Assembly: GCA_963704755.1 (NCBI GenBank)
Contig: OY969938.1
Location: 4,140,001 to 4,172,000, forward strand
DNA from: an uncultured Chloroflexia bacterium
GTDB lineage: Bacteria > Chloroflexota > Anaerolineae > Anaerolineales > Anaerolineaceae
DNA length: 32,000 bases
Direction: 5' to 3'
Of the stretch, positions 24,765-32,000 are shown one piece after another. The stretch's first letter is position 1; every line of letters starts with the position of its first letter. The notes below the pieces were generated by a model. The model ran no database searches, was not told where the DNA came from, and saw only the letters and a list, made by a program, of their open reading frames with translations. The position numbers and the translations under genes were made by a program.

Positions 24765-25753
24765 TGACTATCCTCGATGCACAACAATGGACGGCTTTTC
24801 TGACGAGCCGCCCACAAACTCACATTTTACAAACCTCGGCCTGGGGCGAATTCAAGGCCGGCTTCGGCTGGAAGCCGGTGCGCGTACAGGCCGGGGAGAG
24901 TGGTGCGCAGATCCTGCTGCGCAGGCTGCCGTTGGGGTTGAGTTTTGCCTATATTCCCAAGGGGCCCCTGGGAGACGATTGGCAGGCCCTGTGGCCCGAG
25001 ATTGACCGGGTGTGCCGGCAGAACCGGGCGATATTTTTGAAGATCGAGCCGGATGCCTGGGAAGGCGCTGCAGGCCACCTGGCACCTGCCCTGGCGGGTT
25101 TTATCCCGGCCAGGCCGGTACAGCCTTACCGCACTGTTTTGATCGATTTGAGCGGCTCGGAGGAGGATTGGTTGGCGCGGATGAAACAGAAGACCCGGTA
25201 CAACATCCGCCTGGCCCAACGCAAAGAAGTGGTTGTGCAGCCTTCCAGCGATATCGCTGCTTTTCAGCGGATGATGCAGGTCACCGGGGCGCGGGACGGC
25301 TTTGGTGTTCACAGTCTGGAGTATTACCAAAAGGCATACCGGGCCTTCACCGAAACAGACAACGTGGCTTTGCTGATGGCCGAATACCAGGGCCAACTCC
25401 TGGCCGGGTTAATGGTTTTCGCGGCTGGCCAGACGGCCTGGTATTTTTACGGCGCGTCCACCAACGAAGAGCGCAACCGCATGCCGACCTATTTGCTGCA
25501 ATTTGAAGCCATGCGCTGGGCAGCCGCACGCGGCTGCCTGACTTATGACTTATGGGGCATCCCGGACCTGGACGAACAGGAACTGGAAGCCCATTTTAGC
25601 GAGCACGGAGATGGCCTATGGGGCGTGTACCGTTTCAAACGCGGCTTTGGCGGCGAGATCTTCCGCACGGCCGGCGCTTGGGATAAAGTCTATTTCCCGG
25701 CCCTCTACCGCCTGTATCTTATGTATTTACGCCGAAGGGGGAGTGAGGAATAA
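24764..25753 (+). CDS. FemAB-family aminoacyl/peptidyl transferase (FemX-like), copy 1
   Basis: The ATG overlaps the CapD stop (TAATG). MTILDAQQWTAFLTSRPQTHILQTSAWGEFKAGFGW...WLARMKQKTRYNIRLAQRKEV...NRMPTYLLQFEAMRWAAARGCLTYDLWGI is typical of the FemAB family. The 24542 start in the ORF track is an out-of-gene extension. Confidence 0.8.
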   Translation: MTILDAQQWTAFLTSRPQTHILQTSAWGEFKAGFGWKPVRVQAGESGAQILLRRLPLGLSFAYIPKGPLGDDWQALWPEIDRVCRQNRAIFLKIEPDAWEGAAGHLAPALAGFIPARPVQPYRTVLIDLSGSEEDWLARMKQKTRYNIRLAQRKEVVVQPSSDIAAFQRMMQVTGARDGFGVHSLEYYQKAYRAFTETDNVALLMAEYQGQLLAGLMVFAAGQTAWYFYGASTNEERNRMPTYLLQFEAMRWAAARGCLTYDLWGIPDLDEQELEAHFSEHGDGLWGVYRFKRGFGGEIFRTAGAWDKVYFPALYRLYLMYLRRRGSEE

Positions 25754-26265
25754 TGGCAAGCGGGTATTGTTTTCAATGCGGCCAGCGGCTGGAGCCGGCC
25801 TTGCAGGAGGGCAGGCTGCGCCAGGCCTGCCCTGTTTGTGGCTGGGTCTATTACCCCCAGTTGAAGGTCTCAGCTGCGGCACTGGTGGAGAAAGATGGCA
25901 AGATCCTGCTGGTGCGCCGTAAGCAGGAACCCTGGGCGGGCTGCTGGTATCTGCCGGCCGGCTACGTGGAAGCCGACGAAGACCCGATCCTGGCTGCCGG
26001 GCGGGAACTGCGCGAGGAGACCGGTCTGTCTGCGATTGCTGAGGAGGTTTTCGGCCTGTATTATTTTGACGACGACCCGCGCGGGAACGGCCTTCTGATT
26101 GTGTACCGCTGCGCTTACCAGGGCGGTGAACCCTGCGCCAGCCCGGAAACCGAGCAGGGTGACTTTTTCGCGGTCGAAACTTTGCCGGTTCCGCTGGCCG
26201 GCGCCGGTCACGAGCGTGCCGTCAGGGACTGGTGCGCGGCCCACAGGCAATCTTCGCCATGCTAG
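25753..26265 (+). CDS. Nudix hydrolase with N-terminal zinc-ribbon
   Basis: The ATG overlaps the upstream stop (TAATG). Zinc ribbon: CFQCGQ...CPVCGW. Nudix box: GYVEADEDPILAAGRELREETGL, fitting GX5EX7REUXEEXGU. Confidence 0.85.
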   Translation: MASGYCFQCGQRLEPALQEGRLRQACPVCGWVYYPQLKVSAAALVEKDGKILLVRRKQEPWAGCWYLPAGYVEADEDPILAAGRELREETGLSAIAEEVFGLYYFDDDPRGNGLLIVYRCAYQGGEPCASPETEQGDFFAVETLPVPLAGAGHERAVRDWCAAHRQSSPC

Positions 26266-27371
26266 AGATTACACCCGATCCCCAAAGCTGGAACGAGCTG
26301 GTCGCCGGCCTGCCGGGCGGCCATGTGCTGCAAACCAGCCAGTGGGCCCAGGTCAAAGCAGCCGGCGGCTGGGATGCCCATTACCTGACCTGGCCCGGAG
26401 ATGGCGGCCAGACCATTGCCGCTGCGCTGGTGTTGGAGCGGGCTTTGAGTCTACGCGGTCTGCACACCGGGCTGAAGGTTTTATACATCCCACGTGGCCC
26501 CTTGCTGGATTGGTCCAACCCGGACCTGCGCAGGCAGGTGCTGGACGATATTCAGGCTTTTGCGCGCCGGCGCCGGGCGATCTTCATCAAAATCGACCCG
26601 GAAGTGGTGATTGGCCGAGGCATCCCCGGCAGCGAAAACGACGTACTCGACCCGACCGGGCAGGCGCTCAGCGCTGAATTGAACGCTCGCGGCTGGACTT
26701 TTTCACCCGATCAGATCCAGTTTCGCAACACCGCCATGCTCGACCTGGACGGGGGCGAGGCGGACTGGCTGGCGCGGATGAAACAAAAGACACGCTACAA
26801 TATCCGCCTGGCCGAGCGGAAAGGCGTTAGCGTCCGTAAAGGTGGGCCGCAGGATTTCCCCCTGCTTTACCGCATGTACGCCGAGACATCCCTGCGCGAT
26901 GGGTTTGTGATCCGCCCGGAGAGTTATTACACCCACGTCTGGCAGGCTTTTTCCGTGGCCGGTATGGCCGACGCGTTGATCGCTGAGGCGGAAGGTGAAG
27001 CGATCGCCGGCTTGTTCCTGTTCCATTTGCGCGAGCGGGCCTGGTATTTGTACGGCATGTCGCGCAACGAACACCGAGAACGCATGCCCAATTATTTACT
27101 CCAATGGGAAGCCATGCGCCTGGCCAGCCAGTGCGGGGCTAACGTCTATGATTTGTGGGGCGCGCCGGACGAGTTTGACGAGAGCGATTCGATGTGGGGC
27201 GTATTCCGATTCAAAGATGGGCTGGGCGCCAGAGTCGTGCGCACCCTGGGCGCCTGGGATTTCCCCGTCCGCCCGGTTCTTTACCGGATGTACACACGGG
27301 TTTTACCCGAAATATTGAATGTCATGCGCCGGCGGGGAAGACAACGCACCCGCCAGGAGGTAACGATATGA
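26259..27371 (+). CDS. FemAB-family aminoacyl/peptidyl transferase, copy 2
   Basis: I prefer the ATG at 26259 (MLEITPDPQSWNELV), a 7-nt overlap with the Nudix stop. It is paralogous to copy 1: HVLQTSQWAQVKAAGGW, WLARMKQKTRYNIRLAERKGV, ERMPNYLLQWEAMRLASQCGANVYDLWG. Confidence 0.8.
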   Translation: MLEITPDPQSWNELVAGLPGGHVLQTSQWAQVKAAGGWDAHYLTWPGDGGQTIAAALVLERALSLRGLHTGLKVLYIPRGPLLDWSNPDLRRQVLDDIQAFARRRRAIFIKIDPEVVIGRGIPGSENDVLDPTGQALSAELNARGWTFSPDQIQFRNTAMLDLDGGEADWLARMKQKTRYNIRLAERKGVSVRKGGPQDFPLLYRMYAETSLRDGFVIRPESYYTHVWQAFSVAGMADALIAEAEGEAIAGLFLFHLRERAWYLYGMSRNEHRERMPNYLLQWEAMRLASQCGANVYDLWGAPDEFDESDSMWGVFRFKDGLGARVVRTLGAWDFPVRPVLYRMYTRVLPEILNVMRRRGRQRTRQEVTI

Positions 27372-28345
27372 TACCGCGGATTCGCATCGCTCATTTACCC
27401 ACCCCCGTTGAAGCCATGCCGCGCCTGACGGCTGCCCTGGGTGGGCCGCGTCTGTGGGTCAAGCGAGATGATCAGACCGGCTTGGCCTTTGGCGGAAACA
27501 AAACCCGTAAACTGGAGTACGTACTGGCTGAAGCCCAGGCGAACGGGGCTAAAACCCTGGTCACGATTGGCTCGGTGCAGTCCAATCACTGCCGCCAAAC
27601 GGCGGCCCTGGCAGCTCGCTATGGCCTGGAGTGTATTTTGGTCCTTTCGGATGATGGCGGCCTCTCCCTGGAAGAATTGGGCGGAAACCGTTTTCTGGAT
27701 GACCTGTTCGGCGCCGAGATCGTGCGCACGACGCACGACGAGCGCGATGCTGTCCTTCAGCAGACATTCAACCAGGCCTGGACGGAGGGCCGGCGGCCGT
27801 ATTTGATCCCGATGGGGGCTTCGATGCCGATCGGCGCGGTCGCTTATGCGATGGCCTTTGCAGAATTTTTAGTGCAGGATACGCCGGTGGATTGGATCGT
27901 CTTCCCTTCTTCCTCGGCAGGGACCCAGGCCGGCCTGGTGGTCGGTGCACGTAAAGCCGGCTGGCCGGGCAAGGTACTGGGCATCAGCGTGGACCACCCG
28001 GCTGAAACGCTGCGCGGGATGGTGGCTTCTCTGGCAACCCAGACGGCCGACCGGATGGACCTGAAATATGGCTTCCTCCCCGATGACATCCTGGTCAACG
28101 ATGAATACCTGGGAGCCGGGTATGCCAAAATGGACGAGCCGGAAATCGAAGCGATCCGCCTGTTTGCCCGCACCGAAGGCCTGGTGCTGGACCCGGTCTA
28201 CACCGGCCGGGCCGCCGCGGGACTGATCGGGCTGATCCGCCAGGGGTATTTCAACCCGCACGAGCGGATCCTGTTCTGGCACACCGGCGGAACCCCGGCT
28301 TTGTTTGCGCCCGAATATTTAGAAAAGATCGCCCATTCAAAATAA
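27368..28345 (+). CDS. PLP-dependent D-cysteine desulfhydrase / ACC deaminase-family enzyme
   Basis: The ATG overlaps the upstream stop (ATGA), and AGGAGG lies 8 nt upstream. PTPVEAMPRL...LWVKRDDQTGLAFGGNKTRKLEYVLAEAQANGAKTLVTIGSVQSNHCRQTAALAA closely resembles E. coli DcyD, including the PLP lysine context GGNK.RKLE. Confidence 0.8.
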   Translation: MIPRIRIAHLPTPVEAMPRLTAALGGPRLWVKRDDQTGLAFGGNKTRKLEYVLAEAQANGAKTLVTIGSVQSNHCRQTAALAARYGLECILVLSDDGGLSLEELGGNRFLDDLFGAEIVRTTHDERDAVLQQTFNQAWTEGRRPYLIPMGASMPIGAVAYAMAFAEFLVQDTPVDWIVFPSSSAGTQAGLVVGARKAGWPGKVLGISVDHPAETLRGMVASLATQTADRMDLKYGFLPDDILVNDEYLGAGYAKMDEPEIEAIRLFARTEGLVLDPVYTGRAAAGLIGLIRQGYFNPHERILFWHTGGTPALFAPEYLEKIAHSK

Positions 28346-28360
28346 GCGGAAATTAGAGGT

Positions 28361-28407
28361 AGTTTTATTGTTTTTCGCTTACGCAGCAAGCGAAAAACAA
28401 TAAAACT
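28361..28407. terminator. Bidirectional terminator hairpin between convergent genes
   Basis: Perfect 20-bp stem agttttattgtttttcgctt (28361-28380) / aagcgaaaaacaataaaact (28388-28407) with a 7-nt loop. T-runs and A-runs lie within the arms on both strands. Confidence 0.8.
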
Positions 28408-28412
28408 AACAT

Positions 28413-30536
28413 TTAAGGAGCTGCGACCGGCTTCCAGGCCGCCCCAAAATCAAAGGCTTTGTCGGTGGTCAGGCGAATACGGTTCGCGCCATTGATGGTG
28501 GCGATGTAAATATCGTGGTTCTTGCCATCCGGCCAGTCTTCGAAGGCCATCCAGTTACCGTCCGGTGATACGGAAACCTGGGCGATCGGGCCAATATCCG
28601 GTTGGCCTTTAGCCGGGATGCGGGTTGACTTGACCGTATTGCGGTCCTCATAGCGCAGGGCATACAGACTGGGGATACCGGAATCGACGCTCATCTCGCT
28701 GAAGAGAATGATATTGCCATCCATCGTCCAGGCAGGCCAGTTATCGTTGACTTCACCGCTGAGCGAAAAACGACTCTGGAATTGGCCGGTATCGGACATA
28801 ATCCAGATTTGCGAGTAGACCGAGGTATACACGTAGGCAATCTGGGATCCGGTGGGCGACCAGGCCGGGTATTTTTCCGGGTAAGGCGTGGAAGTAATCT
28901 GCATCAGGCTGTTGTCGTTGAGGTTGAAGACGTAAATATCCGGGTTACCCGCGCGAGTGGACGTGAAAGCGATCCGGTTGCCATCCGGAGACCAGGCCGG
29001 GTCGAAATCTGGGGCCGGGCTGGGCGGCACCGGCAGTGGAAAAGGCTCGCCTTTGTTGGCGACGTCCAAAATGTAAATCTTGGCGCTGTCGTAAAAGTCC
29101 TGGCGGCCGGTGCAGGGGGTGATAAAGGCGATTTTCTGCCCGTCCGGCGACCAGGTCGGTTCACAGGCGCCATCCGGCATATTGGTGAGCGGGTGCTGCT
29201 GGCTGCCATCCACGTTCATCAACCAGACCTGCATGTTGCCGGTTCGATCGGATGAAAAGGCAATCTGTCCGCCTCCGCCGATAGGGGTGGGGGATGGACT
29301 GGCGGTAAATACCGGCGCTGCGGTCAGGGAAGGCTGCGCGTCGGTCGTCAGGCTGGGCTGGACAGGCACCGAGGCGGTTTGATCGGTCTGGCTGGCCGTG
29401 CTTAATCCGGGCAGGGTGACCGTTGGCAGGTTGGTTGCGGTAGGCGTACTGGTGGGTAACCCCAGGAAAGCCAACTGGCTCAGGGCCGGATAATGGCCCT
29501 GGTTCAGGTACAGGTAAGCCGCTGCGGTAATGATGACCAGCAGCAAGATGGGCACCAGCACATTGTTCCGGCGCTGGCGGGCGCGGGAATGCGTGGAGCG
29601 GTGATTGATCGGCATATAATTGCCATCGTCGAGCAGGTCATCTTGCAGGGTGGTCAGGCGGGGCTGCGATGCCTCCTCACCGGGAGGCGGAGGCGGTATC
29701 GTGGGAAACACACCGGTGTTGGGGCTGATATTGCCGGCTTCGAGCAGCGATTTTTTATATTGCTCGGCGGTCTGGAAGCGTTTTTCAGGATCCACTTCCA
29801 GGGATTTTTCGATAATGTTGGCGATCTTGCGACTGGTTTTAGGAGCCAGTTCGCGAATGGGGGTCAAATCCGTCTTACCCGTTGCGCGGGCCAGGCTGTC
29901 TTCCGGAATGGTGCCGGTCAGGCAGGCGTACAGCGTCGCGCCGAGCGAATAGATATCGGTACGCGGGTCGGTTGGAGCGGTGCCGTATTGTTCGGGGGGA
30001 GAATACCCGGGGGTCATCGCCCTGGCGCCGGTGGTGGTTTGCTGGTGGCCGATCATGACCTTGGCCAGGCCGAAATCGACCAACGAGATCTGGCCCTGCG
30101 GGGTAATTTTGATATTTCCTGGTTTAATATCCCGGTGGATGATGGGCGGCGTGCGGGTGTGCAGGTAAGTCAGGGCGTCGCAAATGGCCGAGCCGATCAG
30201 TATCACTTCCGACTCGGGCAAGGTCTCGCAGCGCTCGATGCGCTGGCGCAGGTCCTCGCCATCGATGTAATCCATGATCAGATACTGGCCCTGCCCAGGA
30301 ATCGTAAAATAATCGCCGACCCGGGGCAGATAAGGATGCCTTAAACTAGCAAGGATGTTCGCTTCTCTTTGGAATTGGCGTGAATACTCGTCTGTAAGGA
30401 AAAGGTTCTCCTTGACCGCTACGAATATTCCTAAATTCTCATCCGTTGCTTTATAGACAGCCCCCATCCCACCCTGGCCCAGGATGGATACTATTTTGTA
30501 GCGGTTTGAGAGGACAGTCCCTGGTGCGAGCGCCAT
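28413..30536 (-). CDS. Hanks-type Ser/Thr protein kinase - TM - Thr/Pro linker - TolB-like (PD40) beta-propeller
   Basis: Kinase motifs: GQGGMGAVYKA, VAVK, HRDIKPGNI, DFG, TPGYSPPEQ. TM segment: VLVPILLLVIITAAAYLYL. Repeated PD40 signatures: FSSDRTGNMQVWLMNVDGS, WSPDGQKIAF, WSPDGNRIAFTSTRAGNPDIYVF, WSPTGSQIAYV, VSPDGNWMAF. Confidence 0.9.
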   Translation of the reverse strand: MALAPGTVLSNRYKIVSILGQGGMGAVYKATDENLGIFVAVKENLFLTDEYSRQFQREANILASLRHPYLPRVGDYFTIPGQGQYLIMDYIDGEDLRQRIERCETLPESEVILIGSAICDALTYLHTRTPPIIHRDIKPGNIKITPQGQISLVDFGLAKVMIGHQQTTTGARAMTPGYSPPEQYGTAPTDPRTDIYSLGATLYACLTGTIPEDSLARATGKTDLTPIRELAPKTSRKIANIIEKSLEVDPEKRFQTAEQYKKSLLEAGNISPNTGVFPTIPPPPPGEEASQPRLTTLQDDLLDDGNYMPINHRSTHSRARQRRNNVLVPILLLVIITAAAYLYLNQGHYPALSQLAFLGLPTSTPTATNLPTVTLPGLSTASQTDQTASVPVQPSLTTDAQPSLTAAPVFTASPSPTPIGGGGQIAFSSDRTGNMQVWLMNVDGSQQHPLTNMPDGACEPTWSPDGQKIAFITPCTGRQDFYDSAKIYILDVANKGEPFPLPVPPSPAPDFDPAWSPDGNRIAFTSTRAGNPDIYVFNLNDNSLMQITSTPYPEKYPAWSPTGSQIAYVYTSVYSQIWIMSDTGQFQSRFSLSGEVNDNWPAWTMDGNIILFSEMSVDSGIPSLYALRYEDRNTVKSTRIPAKGQPDIGPIAQVSVSPDGNWMAFEDWPDGKNHDIYIATINGANRIRLTTDKAFDFGAAWKPVAAP

Positions 30537-30780
30537 TGTATTTGATTGTACTCAATATAAAAAGGATACGCAACGAGTTTGATCTCGGATCCCAGTAGTT
30601 AGCAAAAATGATAGGTTAATGCTTGGTCAAACCAAAGATCAAAAAGACAGGCAAAAAAGTGAACGGAACAGTCTGCCGCAAATAAATTATTGGGATATGC
30701 TGACCGCTCTAGCCGTTCGAGAAATTTAGGATATACATATCCCCGGTCGATATTATAATCCATGGTGCGATAAATTGACG

Positions 30781-30789
30781 TGCTATAAT
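30781..30789 (+). promoter_or_regulatory. Candidate extended -10 promoter (TGCTATAAT)
   Basis: Exact TGnTATAAT 34 nt upstream of the ATG at 30823, in an AT-rich divergent intergenic region. Confidence 0.4.
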
Positions 30790-30822
30790 CACCTTCAGTA
30801 ATTTTCAGGTATTCGTTCTAAC

Positions 30823-31881
30823 ATGAACCTCGATATTCGCACTGCAGTTCAAACAACTTTTATCATTCTGCTGGTCATTGCATTTCTCAGCATATTCGTC
30901 GGTATCCGGACGATTCGTTCCGGCCGGAAACTTTTATATTATCGCAAGCGCCGTGAACGGACGAACCAGGGTTGGCGGGCAGTCTTGATGGCTTTTGTTT
31001 TGGTGGGGGTCAGTATTGCCGTACGCCGCTATGCTGAGCCGGTTGCTTACCGATATTTTCCGCCGACGGCAACCGTTACCCAGACGCCCACTATCACCCT
31101 GACGCCGACGATTACCCTGACGCCGACCATTACCCTGACGCCGACCATTACGTTGACGCCCGAGTTCTCCTCTACGCCCCAACTCCCGACCGATATTGCC
31201 GGTGAAATTGTCACGACCGTAACTCCGAATCCGGATGCTGTCTTCAGCGCGGTGGTGCTATCCAAGGATATCGATGACAACTTCCAACCGATCGACCCGG
31301 CGACCGAATTCGATAACCCGGTTGGCACGCTGTACGGAACCTTCAGTTACAACAACATGACCGAAGGGTCCCAGTGGACGGTGATTTGGGTCCGTATGGC
31401 GGACCGGGCCGTCATTTGTTCCGAGTCCAACCCTTGGGACGGGAGCACCGGTGGGTATGGCTATGTCGAATGCAGCCCTGATTCGGATCAGTGGATGCCA
31501 GGCGAGTACCAGGTGCAAATCTTTGTCGGCACCCAATGGTCGAGCTCGGGTGAATTTTCGGTGCTGGGCGAGCCGCCCACCCCGACGATTACGCAAACCC
31601 CCACGCGTACGCCGACCACTTCGCCAACCATTACGCTAACTCCCAGCATCACCCCCACACCCAGCATTACGTCTACGGCCAGCCTTACTCTGACACCCAG
31701 CGACACGGTGACGCGTACCCCGACCCGGACGTTAACGCCGTCCCGGACGCCGACACCTACCCTGACCCGCACCCCGACCAACACCTATACTCCCAGCCGG
31801 ACGCCGACCATCACGCGCACGCCTACCAAAACGGCCACCCCGCGCCCGTCCGATACGCGCTGGCCCTCGCCAACGCCTTAA
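30823..31881 (+). CDS. Membrane-anchored protein with Thr/Pro-rich repeat linkers flanking a small globular domain
   Basis: Two N-terminal hydrophobic helices, then (TPTITL)x4, a ~150-aa non-repetitive domain containing 2 Cys, then a long TP-rich tail (TRTPT, TPSRTPT). Coding is supported by the length and the in-frame 18-bp repeats. Confidence 0.65.
   Translation: MNLDIRTAVQTTFIILLVIAFLSIFVGIRTIRSGRKLLYYRKRRERTNQGWRAVLMAFVLVGVSIAVRRYAEPVAYRYFPPTATVTQTPTITLTPTITLTPTITLTPTITLTPEFSSTPQLPTDIAGEIVTTVTPNPDAVFSAVVLSKDIDDNFQPIDPATEFDNPVGTLYGTFSYNNMTEGSQWTVIWVRMADRAVICSESNPWDGSTGGYGYVECSPDSDQWMPGEYQVQIFVGTQWSSSGEFSVLGEPPTPTITQTPTRTPTTSPTITLTPSITPTPSITSTASLTLTPSDTVTRTPTRTLTPSRTPTPTLTRTPTNTYTPSRTPTITRTPTKTATPRPSDTRWPSPTP
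31084..31155 (+). repeat. In-frame 18-bp tandem repeat x4 (ACGCCGACCATTACCCTG) encoding TPTITL
   Basis: Units at 31084-31101, 31102-31119, 31120-31137 and 31138-31155, with synonymous or near-synonymous variants. Confidence 0.9.
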
Positions 31882-31939
31882 TTTTGGCTTTTTATATATC
31901 AGGATTCATTGTGACTGCTCAGCCTGGCGGGGAAAAAAA

Positions 31940-31992
31940 CCGAATTTGAGGTGCATGCGGGGGCTCCGCCCCCGCATGCACCTCAAATTCGG
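31940..31992. terminator. Perfect 24-bp-stem hairpin downstream of the T/P-repeat gene (terminator or REP-like palindrome)
   Basis: ccgaatttgaggtgcatgcggggg (31940-31963) is the exact reverse complement of cccccgcatgcacctcaaattcgg (31969-31992). The loop is ctccg. An A7 run precedes it, and no clear T-run follows. Confidence 0.6.
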
Positions 31993-32000
31993 GAACTTCT

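Overview
High-GC bacterial chromosomal segment. Gene content and the Thr/Pro-rich linker proteins suggest Chloroflexota/Anaerolineae, but that is only a guess. In order, the window holds: (1) a partial uvrC on the minus strand, missing from the ORF track because it runs off the window edge; (2) a surface-glycan module (bi-domain MDR + Gfo/Idh/MocA oxidoreductase, heparinase II/III-like protein, GT4 glycosyltransferase) split by a 1.1 kb gene-free stretch of tandem and inverted repeats; (3) an OmpR-type regulator with a PAS histidine kinase; (4) cydAB, with cydA broken by a 1-nt frameshift; (5) a mosaic of short repeat modules bracketing two low-GC insertions. The first insertion is a quinone oxidoreductase with a divergent TetR regulator. 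The second is a very AT-rich two-gene minus-strand operon: a 463-aa orphan protein with a C-terminal membrane anchor, followed by a viperin-like radical SAM enzyme. This pair is my best candidate for an undescribed, defence-like system. Downstream lie a RidA with a natural poly-His tail and a second two-component system translationally coupled to an ~8 kb glycan/cell-envelope operon (GT2, polyprenyl-phosphate sugar transferase, CapD/PglF-type dehydratase, FemAB, Nudix, FemAB, DcyD/ACC-deaminase-family enzyme). A convergent Hanks Ser/Thr kinase fused to a TolB-like propeller and a Thr/Pro-repeat membrane protein complete the window. I saw no rRNA, tRNA, CRISPR array, transposase or integrase. 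Most other long ORFs in the track are antisense artefacts of high-GC coding DNA. All protein-family calls rest on motifs recognised by eye, not on searches.
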